Below, in pieces: positions 51,379-62,182 of a stretch of 64,000 nucleotides of DNA. A model generated the notes under the pieces. That model was not told where the DNA came from, searched no databases, and was given only the letters and a program-made list of their open reading frames with translations. Every line of letters begins with the position of its first letter. Within the stretch, counting starts at the first letter, position 1. Source of the DNA: a bacterium. Lineage in GTDB: Bacteria; Zhuqueibacterota; Zhuqueibacteria; Oceanimicrobiales; Oceanimicrobiaceae. A program made the position numbers and the translations under genes. Location: assembly GCA_046757025.1 (NCBI GenBank), contig JBHHXN010000007.1, positions 13,842 to 77,841 of the forward strand, given 5' to 3'.

Positions 51379-53238
51379 TTAAAACTGTTCTAACAACTTT
51401 TCATAAGACCTTAACTGCTCTTCGTATTCCACGGTGATGCGATCAAGTGTTTCGTATTTGGTATCGATTTCAGACTTTAAAGCTCGTTCTTTTTTCACCA
51501 GAGCCGCGAACTCCTGACCGTTGCCGTTGGTGGACGCATAAATGAGCTGTTGATTGTTTTCTACCATCTGTAGCTCCAACTCTTCGATCTCTAATTCCAT
51601 CTTTTCGATTTGCGACTTCAGCGGATTGAGTACTTTCGACTTTTGTTGCACGATTTCTGCTTTTCTTTTCCTGAGAGCTTTTTTGTCTAAAACTTCGTCA
51701 CGCGTGGATTGACTGCTTTGTTCTTTTGTCTCAACAGCCTCGCGCTCTTCATCTACTTGCCAGCCCACGTCGTTCAGAAAATCTTGGTAACTGCCTTCGT
51801 AAACAAATTGTTTTCCGCGATCGAAAACGATCAGGCGATTGGCCAGGGTGTGCAAAAACATTTCGTTGTGCGTAACCAGGATGACCGAGCCTTCGAACGA
51901 ATCGAGGGCGGCCAGCAAAGAATCGCACGATTCCATATCCAAATGGTTAGTCGGTTCGTCCAATAAAAGCAAGTGACTAGGCGCAGCCAGGATTTTCCCC
52001 AACATCACCCGGCTTTTTTCACCACCGGAGAGCACGGAAATTTTTTTCAGCGCCAAATCACCGCTAAACATCATGGCACCGGCAATGTCGCGAGCTGTTT
52101 GGTGCGTGCACTCTGTGTTCGAAAAACGGATTTCTTCTTCCACAGTTCGGTGGGGATCTAAGTACGAGGTGTTCGTTTGCTCAAAATATCCTGTTTTCAG
52201 CGCGGGGTGCATTTTTATTTGGCCGGTGTTCGGCGGTAACACGCCCGCTACCACCTTCAACAACGTGGTTTTTCCTTTACCATTTTTTCCCATCACACAA
52301 ATGCGATCACGCTTGCCCACCTCAAAACTCAATCCTTCGAATAAGGTCGCCTGGTTTTCGCCAAATTTAAATGAAATGTCTTCCACACGCATCATGGTTT
52401 TTGCAGGAAATTCCGCGGATTTAAAAGAAAAATCCAACGATTCCAGCGGTTGTAGTTTTTCCTTTTTCTCTTTTTTTTGCAGCGTTTTTATACGGGATTG
52501 CACCATATTCGCCAGCCGGGCTTTGGCGCGAAATCGACGGATAAATTGCTCGACCTCTTTCCTTTTCTTCTCATCGTTCAAACGTGTTTTTTCATAAATC
52601 TCTTCGTCCGCGAGAATTTGATCATAAAGCTTCTGTGTGTCGCCCGCGATTTTTCGGATTCGTTTTCGATGAATGCCCAGCGTGTGCGTCGTAACCTGAT
52701 CCATAAATTTTCGATCGTGCGTAATCAACATCAGCTCTTTTGTCCAGGACCGTAAAAACTGAGTCAGCCAGCGGATGGCCACAATATCCAGATAATTCGT
52801 CGGCTCATCTAACAGCAGGATGTCCGGATCAGACACCAGCAGTTTCGCTAGATTTAATCGAACCTGAAATCCACCCGAAAACTCCGCAGGGGCCCGCGGG
52901 TAATCCGTTTGCTCAAAACCCAGACCTGCCATTATTTTCTTCGCCCTCCAGGAATCGTGTTCCTGCTCTTTAGGTAGGCCCAGACAAACCTCCTCTAAAA
53001 TCGTTCTTTGCGTGAAATTCAAATGCTGCTCCAGATATCCCAAGCGATAATTTTTAGGACAAACGATGACGCCAGAATCCGGCTCCTCGAGTTTTAAAAT
53101 GAGCCGAAATAACGTCGTTTTACCGTGCCCATTTCTTCCCACGAGGCCGATGCGCTCTTTCGGATTGATGTTGAAGGTGACATCCTGAAACAGCGTTTGA
53201 TTTCCATAAGATTTACACAGATTCGAAACCTTGATCAT
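51379..53238 (-). CDS. ABC-F family ATP-binding protein
   Basis: Two ABC domains (GRNGHGKT, FSGG, LLLDEPTN; GKNGKGKT, LSGGE, LLLDEPTNHLD), no TMs, C-terminal coiled coil. Confidence 0.95.
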   Translation of the reverse strand: MIKVSNLCKSYGNQTLFQDVTFNINPKERIGLVGRNGHGKTTLFRLILKLEEPDSGVIVCPKNYRLGYLEQHLNFTQRTILEEVCLGLPKEQEHDSWRAKKIMAGLGFEQTDYPRAPAEFSGGFQVRLNLAKLLVSDPDILLLDEPTNYLDIVAIRWLTQFLRSWTKELMLITHDRKFMDQVTTHTLGIHRKRIRKIAGDTQKLYDQILADEEIYEKTRLNDEKKRKEVEQFIRRFRAKARLANMVQSRIKTLQKKEKKEKLQPLESLDFSFKSAEFPAKTMMRVEDISFKFGENQATLFEGLSFEVGKRDRICVMGKNGKGKTTLLKVVAGVLPPNTGQIKMHPALKTGYFEQTNTSYLDPHRTVEEEIRFSNTECTHQTARDIAGAMMFSGDLALKKISVLSGGEKSRVMLGKILAAPSHLLLLDEPTNHLDMESCDSLLAALDSFEGSVILVTHNEMFLHTLANRLIVFDRGKQFVYEGSYQDFLNDVGWQVDEEREAVETKEQSSQSTRDEVLDKKALRKRKAEIVQQKSKVLNPLKSQIEKMELEIEELELQMVENNQQLIYASTNGNGQEFAALVKKERALKSEIDTKYETLDRITVEYEEQLRSYEKLLEQF

Positions 53239-53463
53239 ATCTCAAATATAATAAATTTGAATCGAGGATCAAGCCATTATTTATGGGATTCTTAGGTTAA
53301 ATATTGCAGATCAATCACGACGATTCGCGCCAAACACCGACAATTTGTGACGGATATGTTAAAGAGTCTAACATCGAATGTCGAAATAAAATTGCGGATT
53401 TCAGATTGTGGACTTCGGAATGCAGAAAAGTGTTTTTGCAAACAATCGATGTGCAAAGTCCGG

Positions 53464-53552
53464 AATCCGCCATCCCCAAACCGCAATCGGCGTGTTTCGG
53501 ATTTCCATTTATCCTTACTGTGTCAGCCCTCTTTTCGCAGCCGCGTCTGTGA
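53464..53552 (+). repeat. Diverged direct repeat, copy 1
   Basis: 71/89 ungapped identity (hand count) to 55768-55856. Confidence 0.7.
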
Positions 53553-53756
53553 AATGACTTAGAGCCTTTATATTTCATTTTTGTATTACGTTTTTAGCTA
53601 CGAGTAAATTTTTCATTCAAAATGACTTGAAATATCAGAAGCGATTGCGGAATTTTTTCCTCTGCTTCAATAAAAGCTCGAGTCAAAGTACAGATAACTC
53701 TTTAATTTCCATCCTTTGTTCAACCGTTTTCACCAAAGAATTCGAACTCATCATTT

Positions 53757-55607
53757 TTGGCGAAAATTTTGCTACATGACTACCACATTCAATTCGAAAT
53801 AAACCTAACGATGATCAAATTGCACAAAATACGTCCTCGGGATTCAATTAAGCACACAAGGGCAACGGGGATGATTTTTTTCCTGACCTTACTCACCATT
53901 GCCAGCTTAAACGCTCAAACGGGGTTCGATGGATTAACCTACGCACAACGCAAACAGCGATGGTTAGCGAACGTTCCAGACCCCACGCCGCAGATGTCAG
54001 ATTTCGACAGGAGATTATATTTTAGCGCCTGGCTTGAAAAAGGTCTTTATAACCAGACGGTGTCGGAGACGCTGCACGACATCCTCGGTGCTTTTTGGTT
54101 TACTGGCGGTAGAAGTCATCACGGCTACCTGGCCGCCCTATTGGTAAAATTCGGTTCAAAGGGAAGCAACGTGATCAGCAAAATCGATGAAGCCGCAATA
54201 AAAAGAAAATACGAAGAAAACCTCATTAAAAATGCCGAAGCCTTTCAGGACTTCAATCCCAACAAACAAATTTGGACCATGGTGGGCATTTACATTTACA
54301 CAACTTATTTTGACAACAAATTAACATTCCCCTTTTATGGCCATCCGGTAACATCGGATGCCACCGAGGATGCCATCTATTCAAACAACTGGCCCACTTT
54401 CTCGATTGGCGGCCACACCTACCTGTTCGGTAAGGGGCCGTACAATGCGAGTCAACTTGCAGAAGATTTTATCAAGCATAAATTAGCGACCTGGTATTTG
54501 GAAGGAAATCGCGAATTCGACAGCCTCAATTATCATCGCGCCTACATGGGGGCGCTCTTGATGCTCTACGATTTTGCCCGAGACAATCAATTCCGCAACC
54601 AGGCAAAGATGGGGGCGGAATTGGTTATGCTGGACGCTTTGCTGGATTTCGGGAATTCGGAATGGGGCGGCACGTTAGGGCGAACCGACTTTCGCAGGAC
54701 CAGCAAAAACAGCAACTTTCCAATTTATGAATATTTCGGAATCGGGCAAAAGGATACCGAACGACCTGACATCAACGTTTTGTTTAGCTTTGATTACGAG
54801 CCGCCGGAGCTTTTTGTGGACCTGGCCAATTTGTCCGATGAAAACGATGACTATTATCATTTTCACAAGGAACGTCATGACGCCAAATTGAAAAACGATC
54901 GCCGAAAAGGCAAGTGGAATTACGTCACGCCGCACTATAATATCGGCTCCAATGTCGGCGGTTTGAACAGCGGCTGGCAGGTGACGGTTCGGGGTGACGC
55001 CCCCGGCAAATTCATCCGTTTCTGGATAAACGGCCAAGCAGATATCGCCGACACCACCGAAACCCGATATCTCGGGAACGAAGGCAAACAATTCCGCAAT
55101 GCGTTGTTTGCGGACATCGGCAGTCAGCCGAAACTGCACGAACGTAAAAGACGACAGGAATGGCAAATAGACGAGGTGGATGGTAAATGGCTGTTCAAGA
55201 AATTGAACCCGGTTTTTGTGGCCATTTCAATGACCAGCAGCACCGCTTCGGTGGAATTGGCGACGTTGGGAGTCGAATACCCCTCCTACACGGAATTTAA
55301 AAAAGCGGTAAAAAATAACGCCCGCTTGACAACCAAATCATACACCACTTCTCAAGGAATTACCATCAACTCCTCAGACAACTGCGGCTTGTACGCCCCG
55401 GGCGATTGTACCTTTCCCTTCAAAAGAATGGAAACCGTTTATAAAAACGGCTCCATCATAACCTGGTTCGACAATGTGATGACGGTGAGCTACCATGGAA
55501 AATCCCTGGAATATGACTTTCGCAGCTTGTTGGAAAATATCCAAACCACCCGCGATCGTGCACCCAATCCTCCGAGCAATGTGAAAGTGCAGACTCACAA
55601 CAATTGA
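53757..55607 (+). CDS. Secreted hypothetical protein (start possibly 53871); central region resembles alpha-toroid polysaccharide-lyase/heparinase-like proteins
   Basis: Signal peptide MIFFLTLLTIASLNAQ; GNREFDSLNYH...LYDFARD...AKM...GGTLGR motif; aromatic-rich. Confidence 0.55.
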   Translation: MAKILLHDYHIQFEINLTMIKLHKIRPRDSIKHTRATGMIFFLTLLTIASLNAQTGFDGLTYAQRKQRWLANVPDPTPQMSDFDRRLYFSAWLEKGLYNQTVSETLHDILGAFWFTGGRSHHGYLAALLVKFGSKGSNVISKIDEAAIKRKYEENLIKNAEAFQDFNPNKQIWTMVGIYIYTTYFDNKLTFPFYGHPVTSDATEDAIYSNNWPTFSIGGHTYLFGKGPYNASQLAEDFIKHKLATWYLEGNREFDSLNYHRAYMGALLMLYDFARDNQFRNQAKMGAELVMLDALLDFGNSEWGGTLGRTDFRRTSKNSNFPIYEYFGIGQKDTERPDINVLFSFDYEPPELFVDLANLSDENDDYYHFHKERHDAKLKNDRRKGKWNYVTPHYNIGSNVGGLNSGWQVTVRGDAPGKFIRFWINGQADIADTTETRYLGNEGKQFRNALFADIGSQPKLHERKRRQEWQIDEVDGKWLFKKLNPVFVAISMTSSTASVELATLGVEYPSYTEFKKAVKNNARLTTKSYTTSQGITINSSDNCGLYAPGDCTFPFKRMETVYKNGSIITWFDNVMTVSYHGKSLEYDFRSLLENIQTTRDRAPNPPSNVKVQTHNN

Positions 55608-55767
55608 ATCCCGACGAAACGACCTACGACTAAAAATTGGAATGCCCTGATTTTGGCGCCGCCATTTCATTTACGGCTGGTTTTTTTGTTTTTACTTCTG
55701 CAAAAACAAAGTCGAGGCGGGAAGTTTTCGTTCGAATTCCAAAAAATTTCAATCATCCGGCAGCTCA

Positions 55768-55856
55768 AATCGGCCATCCCCAATCTGCCATCGGACTGTT
55801 TCGGATTTCCTTTTCGCTTTACGGTGTCAACCATCTTTTTGAAGCAACGTCTGCGA
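55768..55856 (+). repeat. Diverged direct repeat, copy 2
   Basis: 71/89 ungapped identity (hand count) to 53464-53552. Confidence 0.7.
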
Positions 55857-56075
55857 TAAGGCACCGGTCCCAATAATTATTGTAACATTTTTAAATTACC
55901 GCCGTAAGGTAGAATATTTTTATGGACTACCTTGTTAAAAACATTTCCGCCGCTGCAAAAATAAATACGTTTCCTAAATTTTAATTCAACTCGTTTTTAC
56001 GTCCAATAAATTAATACAAATCCATTAATTCAAATAAACTCATTTTTTATTCACCATAACAGTAAGGAGAGAAGT

Positions 56076-57170
56076 ATGCATTCACACAATAAATCTTCAC
56101 TCGTTTTCACGCTTATGTTTTCTGTGCTGCTTTTAGGCATAAGCGTCTTGCAAGCACAAGTCACGCTGCCACGGGTTAGTCCGCAGGCGTCCGTGAATCA
56201 AAGAATTGGCATCAGCGATGTGACCATCAACTATCACAGCCCGGGGGTCAAAGGCCGCGAAATTTGGGGCAAACTGGTACCTTATGATATGAGCTCGGGC
56301 GTTCCTTTCGGTTCCGGCAACGATTTCCCCTGGCGCGCTGGAGCGAATGACAATACCACCATCACCTTCTCCGACGATGTCACCATAGAAGGCCAACCTC
56401 TGGCTGCCGGCACCTACGGTTTTCATATCATCCCTCAGGAAAATGCCGATTGGGTGCTCATTTTCAGCAACAATTCAACTTCATGGGGCAGCTTCTTTTA
56501 CGATGAAACAGAAGACGCCCTGCGTGTTTCGGTCAGTCCGCAGCAAGTTGATCACCAGGAATGGTTGAGCTACGGATTCGAAGATCACACCAGCAATTCA
56601 TCAACCGCCTATTTGCGCTGGGAAAAGGTCAAAATTCCTTTCAAAATTGAGGTGGATGTGAGCAAAGTGGTGCTGGAAAGTTTAAGAAACGAGCTCCGCT
56701 CCCTTCCAGGTTTTGGCTGGCAGGGCCCGTTTCAAGCTGCCAATTATTGTCTGCGCAACGACATCAACCACGAAGAAGCTTTGACCTGGATCGATCGCTC
56801 CATCAACAGCACGGCTAATTTCAACAACTTGAGGGTCAAATCACAATTACTGGTAAAAACAGGTAAAACCCAGGAAGCGGATAAGACCATGGCCAGGGCG
56901 CTGGAAGTGGCCACTGAAAATCAAATCAATTTTTACGGTTATCAGCTCATGAACCAGAACAAAATCGCCGAGGCCCTGGACGTTTTTAAAATGAACGTGA
57001 AAAGAAATCCCGATAGCTGGAACGTTTATGACAGTTTAGCCGAATGCTACGCTAAAAATGGCGACAATAAATCCGCCATTAAAAATTACAAAAAGGCTCT
57101 CGCCAAAGCCCCGGATACTCAAAAGGATAGAATCGCGAAAGCCATCAAAGGTCTGGAAGGCACGAATTAA
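56076..57170 (+). CDS. DUF2911 domain protein with C-terminal TPR
   Basis: PRVSPQA, YHSPGVKGREIWGKLVPY, WRAGAN; TPR PDSWNVYDSLAE. Confidence 0.88.
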   Translation: MHSHNKSSLVFTLMFSVLLLGISVLQAQVTLPRVSPQASVNQRIGISDVTINYHSPGVKGREIWGKLVPYDMSSGVPFGSGNDFPWRAGANDNTTITFSDDVTIEGQPLAAGTYGFHIIPQENADWVLIFSNNSTSWGSFFYDETEDALRVSVSPQQVDHQEWLSYGFEDHTSNSSTAYLRWEKVKIPFKIEVDVSKVVLESLRNELRSLPGFGWQGPFQAANYCLRNDINHEEALTWIDRSINSTANFNNLRVKSQLLVKTGKTQEADKTMARALEVATENQINFYGYQLMNQNKIAEALDVFKMNVKRNPDSWNVYDSLAECYAKNGDNKSAIKNYKKALAKAPDTQKDRIAKAIKGLEGTN

Positions 57171-57221
57171 TACCGCTGCTTAGTTTATCCGTTCTGTGAA
57201 AATTCTCCTTTCGAATATGAA

Positions 57222-57432
57222 ATCCGCGGTGAAATGTTTGTACATGGCAGTTCACCGCGGGTCCATTTTCGCGGGGCATTCCCCAAAGTCTCTGATGTCT
57301 GTTTTCCCGCGAAGCGTGCCCTTGCGAAAGCAGCAAGCGTGAATCGACAGCTTATTGATCATTCTCTGGCTTTTGGATGCTTGCTTACGCAGCAATGACA
57401 ACTTCTTGCTTCACTTGGGATTTTGGCGGCCG
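57222..57432. repeat. Cluster of hairpins and degenerate REP-like doublet
   Basis: CCGCGGTGAA...TTCACCGCGG; TTCGCGGG...CCCGCGAA; GCAAGC...GCTTGC...GCAATGACA. Confidence 0.4.
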
Positions 57433-57633
57433 CCCCGAATTCGCAAGGTAGGAGCTTTTCATATTACAAATTATTTGCAACTCACTCAGGAATAAACTAT
57501 ATTTCACTCTTTCCAATTGCGTTCAAATCAATTTTTTCAAACTTGTTTTTGAAATATTTTATCACATTCTCATTCATGACGGACTGTCAGTAAACATTCT
57601 TGACAAGATTTCAACCAATTTCACAAAAATAAT

Positions 57634-60165
57634 ATGATTAAAATAGCAGTTTGTTTGAATTCACGTACCCCTTCTGCTTGTTCGAAATTTCTAATTGCCG
57701 TTTTCTTTTGGGCAACCTCCACCTTAAAGGCCCAACCCACCGCCATGCTCAACTCAGCCGAAATCCAGCTCGCCCTGAAAAAATTAACCATTCTGGGCAG
57801 CGTGCTTTATATTGGTGCGCACCCGGACGACGAAAACCAGGCGTTACTGTCTTATTTTTCCAAAGGCAAAAAGTACCGAACCGCTTATCTTTCCCTCACC
57901 CGCGGCGATGGCGGTCAAAATCTCATCGGCACGGAAAAGGGCTATCTTCTGGGTGTGTTGCGAACGCAGGAATTGTTAGAAGCCAGAAAAATCGACGGCG
58001 CCGGGCAGTTCTTCACGCGCGCCATCGATTTCGGATATTCCAAATCCCCGGAAGAAACCCTGGAGATCTGGAATCGGCAAAAAATATTGTCCGACGTCGT
58101 CTGGATTTTACGCATGTTCAAACCCGACGTGATCATCACCCGGTTTCCGGCCACCGGCGAAGGCCGGCACGGTCACCACACCGCCTCGGCACTTTTAGCG
58201 AATGAGGCTTTTCAAATAGCCGGTGACCCCACGCAGTTTCCCGAGCAATTAAAATATGTCAGCACCTGGCAGCCAAAGCGTCTATTCTGGAACGACTGGC
58301 GGCCCCTTCGATCAAATAATCCCTCCACTTCGGCAGGGTTACTAAAAATCGACGTCGGCAAATACAATGTCCTGTTAGGGAAATCTTACACCGAGATAAT
58401 GGCGGAAAGCCGTTCCAAACATAAAAGTCAGGGATTTGGCGCCCGCGGGCGCCGGGGGACTCGTTTTGACTATTTGAATTTGACTGCCGGAGAGCCAGTC
58501 CGTACGGATCCGTTTGAAGGCATCGATGTGAGCTGGTCCCGAATCGCTGGTGGAGGGCAAATCGGGCGACGGCTCGATGAAATTTACCGATCCTACCAAC
58601 CGCGGCGACCGCAGGAGTCCATTCCCAGGTTGGTGCAGGTTTACACAGAATTAAACAAAATGCCAGACAATTATTGGGTGGAGGTAAAAAAAGAAGAGCT
58701 GCTGAAGATAATTCAATCGTGTGCGGGTTTGTGGATCGAAGCTGTGGCCGACAACTATGCTGCCACTCCGGGCGGCCAAATTCGTCTCTCTTTCGAGGTG
58801 GTCAATCGTTCGACCTATCCACTAAAATTGCAGCAGATAAGCCTGCCAGCCGCCGATTTTGATACCACGTTCAACCGCGTTCTCAAAACCAACGAGGTCA
58901 CCGCTTTTGAAAAAAAACTGGAAATTCCCAAAACGGTAAACATCACCCATCCATACTGGCTGCAATCGCCTTCCGATCAGGGCACGTTTGCCGTTTCGAA
59001 ACAAACGCTAATTGGCCAACCGCAAAATCCCTTTCCCTTGCCGGTTCATTTCAAATTTTTTGTGGAAAACGAATCGTTAGAATGGCAAACGCCCATCTAT
59101 TTTCGCTGGACCGAATGGGTGGTGGGCGAACAATTCCGCCAGTTAGAGCTGCGTCCCGATGTGACCGTTAACCTGGATCAAAAAGTCTATCTGTTTCCTG
59201 ATGTCCAGCCCCGCACCATCTGGCTGACCCTTAAAAGCGCACGCAAAAAAGTTGCCGGCACATTGCACATCAAATTGCCCACCGGCTGGCGCGCCACCCC
59301 GGAGCGCGTGCCCTTTCAAATTGACCAGAAATTCGGCGAACTCAGGTACTCCGTTTCGGTTCACCCCCCGCACCTCTCTGAGGTAGGTTCCATAGCCCTG
59401 GAAGTAGAAGTGAATGGTAAAACACTAAACCAGAGTCTCGTGGAAATCAGCCACCCGCATATTTTAAAACAAAGCCTGTTTCCGCCGGCCACCGCCAGGC
59501 TCGTCAGAGTCGAGATTCAAAGAGCCGTTTCCAGGATCGGTTACATCATGGGGCCGGGAGATGAAATTCCTGAAGTGTTGAAACAGGCCGGGTTTTCCGT
59601 TACGCTGCTGGATGACCACCAGATCGAAAGCGAGAACCTGAGCCGTTACGAGGCTATCGTCACCGGCATACGTGCTTACAACACGCGTCCGCGTTTAAAG
59701 CACCTGCAACCCAAATTGCTGGAATACGTTCATCGGGGCGGAACCCTGGTGGTTCAGTACAACGTCGCCTTCGGCCTGGTTACCAACGAGATCGGACCCT
59801 ATCCGTTTAAAATTTCCCGGGATCGCGTGACCGTTGAAATCGCACCCGTACAATTCCTCTCTGAAAAACATCCGCTGTTGAATTTTCCACACAAAATCAC
59901 AGCCAAAGACTTTGACGGTTGGGTACAAGAACGGGGATTGTATTTCGCTAACGACTGGGACGAACACTATGAACCGGTGCTGTCGAGTCACGACCCGGGA
60001 GAGGGTAACAAAAAAGGCGGCCTTTTGATTGCGCACTACGGAAAAGGTGTGTTCATTTACACCGGCTATTCCTGGTTCCGGCAGCTGCCGGCCGGCGTGG
60101 CGGGTGCGGTCAGATTGTTTGTGAATCTTATTTCAGCAGGAAAATATCATGATAAAAAAAATTGA
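57634..60165 (+). CDS. PIG-L/LmbE family deacetylase with Ig-like and GATase-like C-terminal domains
   Basis: AHPDDE, TRGDGGQN, RAIDFGYSK, HGHH; GWVQERGLYF, FRQLPAGV. Confidence 0.92.
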   Translation: MIKIAVCLNSRTPSACSKFLIAVFFWATSTLKAQPTAMLNSAEIQLALKKLTILGSVLYIGAHPDDENQALLSYFSKGKKYRTAYLSLTRGDGGQNLIGTEKGYLLGVLRTQELLEARKIDGAGQFFTRAIDFGYSKSPEETLEIWNRQKILSDVVWILRMFKPDVIITRFPATGEGRHGHHTASALLANEAFQIAGDPTQFPEQLKYVSTWQPKRLFWNDWRPLRSNNPSTSAGLLKIDVGKYNVLLGKSYTEIMAESRSKHKSQGFGARGRRGTRFDYLNLTAGEPVRTDPFEGIDVSWSRIAGGGQIGRRLDEIYRSYQPRRPQESIPRLVQVYTELNKMPDNYWVEVKKEELLKIIQSCAGLWIEAVADNYAATPGGQIRLSFEVVNRSTYPLKLQQISLPAADFDTTFNRVLKTNEVTAFEKKLEIPKTVNITHPYWLQSPSDQGTFAVSKQTLIGQPQNPFPLPVHFKFFVENESLEWQTPIYFRWTEWVVGEQFRQLELRPDVTVNLDQKVYLFPDVQPRTIWLTLKSARKKVAGTLHIKLPTGWRATPERVPFQIDQKFGELRYSVSVHPPHLSEVGSIALEVEVNGKTLNQSLVEISHPHILKQSLFPPATARLVRVEIQRAVSRIGYIMGPGDEIPEVLKQAGFSVTLLDDHQIESENLSRYEAIVTGIRAYNTRPRLKHLQPKLLEYVHRGGTLVVQYNVAFGLVTNEIGPYPFKISRDRVTVEIAPVQFLSEKHPLLNFPHKITAKDFDGWVQERGLYFANDWDEHYEPVLSSHDPGEGNKKGGLLIAHYGKGVFIYTGYSWFRQLPAGVAGAVRLFVNLISAGKYHDKKN

Positions 60166-60292
60166 AAAGCAGAACCCTGCAGAGGAAGCGCCGCCCATTT
60201 TCAAGAGCTGGAACCGACTGTACGCCTTCGTTTTCGGCCATCTGGTGCTCCTGATCATCGCATTTTACATCTTTACCAGGATATTCCGTTGA
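60149..60292 (+). CDS. Small single-TM protein (47 aa), not in the ORF track
   Basis: MIKKIEKQNPAEEAPPIFKSWNRLYAFVFGHLVLLIIAFYIFTRIFR*; overlaps the upstream stop and the downstream TTG start. Confidence 0.75.
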   Translation: MIKKIEKQNPAEEAPPIFKSWNRLYAFVFGHLVLLIIAFYIFTRIFR

Positions 60293-61992
60293 GTGTAGTC
60301 GATTGGGTTGTTTTAAGTGTTTCGCTAATTTTCATTGTCAGTTACGGCGTCTGGAAAAGCCGCGGCAGCAAAGACGTCAAAGGCTATCTTTTAGCAAATA
60401 AAAGCACGCCGTGGTACACTATCGCGCTGTCCATCATGGCCACGCAAGCCAGCGCCATCACCTTTTTATCGACCCCGGGCCAGGCGTATGTGGACGGCAT
60501 GCGCTTCGTGCAGTTTTACCTGGGACTGCCGCTGGCGATGATCATCCTGTGCATCACCGCGGTTCCCATCTTTCACCGTCTGCAGGTTTACACCGCTTAC
60601 GAATATCTCGAAAATCGTTTCGACTTGAAGAACCGGGCGCTGGGCAGTATTCTGTTTTTAACCCAGCGCGGACTGGCGGCCGGTTTTACGATTTTCGCAC
60701 CCGCGCTGATCCTATCGGTGCTTCTCGGCTGGAACCTTAGTTTGACCATTTTTGTAATCGGTACGCTGGTGGTCATTTACACCACCACCGGCGGCACAAA
60801 CGCTGTCAACAAAACCCACTTGCAGCAGATGATCGTCATCATGGTGGGCATGGTTTTAGCGTTCATCATGATCTTCCGTTTGCTGCCGTCCGATATTTCC
60901 ACCCTGGATGCGGTTTACGTGGCCGGCAAAATGGGCCGGCTCAATGCCATCGACTTTACCTTTGATCTCAACAACCGCTACAGTTTCTGGTCTGGCATCA
61001 TCGGCGGCACCTTTCTCATGCTTTCATACTTTGGCACCGACCAGTCCCAGGTGCAGCGCTATCTGGCCGGCAGCTCCATCACACAAAGCCGCATGGGCCT
61101 GCTGATGAACGGTATTGTAAAAGTGCCCATGCAATTTTTTATTCTGTTTCTGGGAGCGATGGTGTTTGTTTACTACCAGTTCATCACGCCGCCCATCTTT
61201 TTTAATTCGGTTGAAACAAACAACGTCCAGTCCAGCCCTTATGCTGCTGAATACCAGGAGGCGCAGGAAAAATACCAGTCCATTCATCGGGAAAAACAAG
61301 CGGAAATCCGACAACTACTTTCAGCTCTCAAGGCAAAAGATGAAAGACAAATTCAAAGCTTAACCAATCAACTCGATGAGATCCAAATACAAGCCAACCA
61401 GATTCGAGAGCAAGGGATTCAGGCCATTCGAAAAGCCAACCCGGGGGCGGACCCCAACGACACTAACTACATCTTTCTCAGTTTCGTCATCAACTACCTG
61501 CCGGTGGGATTGATCGGTCTGGTGCTGGCGGCCATTCTATCGGCTTCCATGTCCTCCACCTCAGCAGAGCTTAACGCGCTGGCCTCCACCACTGTTATCG
61601 ATATCTACAAACGGCTCATTAAAAAAGATGGTTCGGACAAGCACTATTTAACGGTGTCGAAGATGGCAACGGTATTCTGGGGAATTTACGCCATCATCTT
61701 CGCGTTGTTTGCCAATCGCCTAGGCTCGTTGATCGAGGCGGTAAACATCCTGGGATCGCTATTTTATGGAACCATTTTGGGGATCTTTTTAGTGGCGTTT
61801 TATGTGAAACGAGTAGGCGGAACCGCCACATTCGTAGCCGCAATTTTAGCCGAGCTCGCCGTAATCGCCTGCTACGTATTCACCGACATGCCCTACCTCT
61901 GGTTCAACGTCATCGGTTGTCTTGGGGTGCTGGTTCTGGCTTTAATTTTTAGTTATTTCAAGCGCTCACAGTTAAAAACCGCGAGCAATTGA
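60289..61992 (+). CDS. Sodium:solute symporter (SSS family)
   Basis: SIMATQASAITF, TAYEYLENRF, GTDQSQVQRYL, many TMs. Confidence 0.95.
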   Translation: MSVVDWVVLSVSLIFIVSYGVWKSRGSKDVKGYLLANKSTPWYTIALSIMATQASAITFLSTPGQAYVDGMRFVQFYLGLPLAMIILCITAVPIFHRLQVYTAYEYLENRFDLKNRALGSILFLTQRGLAAGFTIFAPALILSVLLGWNLSLTIFVIGTLVVIYTTTGGTNAVNKTHLQQMIVIMVGMVLAFIMIFRLLPSDISTLDAVYVAGKMGRLNAIDFTFDLNNRYSFWSGIIGGTFLMLSYFGTDQSQVQRYLAGSSITQSRMGLLMNGIVKVPMQFFILFLGAMVFVYYQFITPPIFFNSVETNNVQSSPYAAEYQEAQEKYQSIHREKQAEIRQLLSALKAKDERQIQSLTNQLDEIQIQANQIREQGIQAIRKANPGADPNDTNYIFLSFVINYLPVGLIGLVLAAILSASMSSTSAELNALASTTVIDIYKRLIKKDGSDKHYLTVSKMATVFWGIYAIIFALFANRLGSLIEAVNILGSLFYGTILGIFLVAFYVKRVGGTATFVAAILAELAVIACYVFTDMPYLWFNVIGCLGVLVLALIFSYFKRSQLKTASN

Positions 61993-62073
61993 AAACCGGA
62001 TCGCCGCTGCAAACATCAGAAATTCCAACCGAAATTGAGCGATTCTTGAGCGGATGGGTTGTTCGGTGTGCTG

Positions 62074-62097
62074 GGAACACGCTAAAGCGTGAACACC
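62074..62097. repeat. REP-like palindrome
   Basis: GAACACGCT-AA-AGCGTGAAC. Confidence 0.45.
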
Positions 62098-62182
62098 CTA
62101 ATTTTGCCGTTGATCGGACAATTCAAAGCTAAATCGCTCAATTTAGGTCTAAATAAAATTCATCCTGGAGAGGAAATCAAAA

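Noticed and set aside
53292..53578. Several short overlapping ORFs (also 55637-55876 and 18941-19147)
   Set aside because: They are translations of repeat or MITE DNA (e.g. PQSEIRN, SAIPNLPS) with no clear RBS or protein features.
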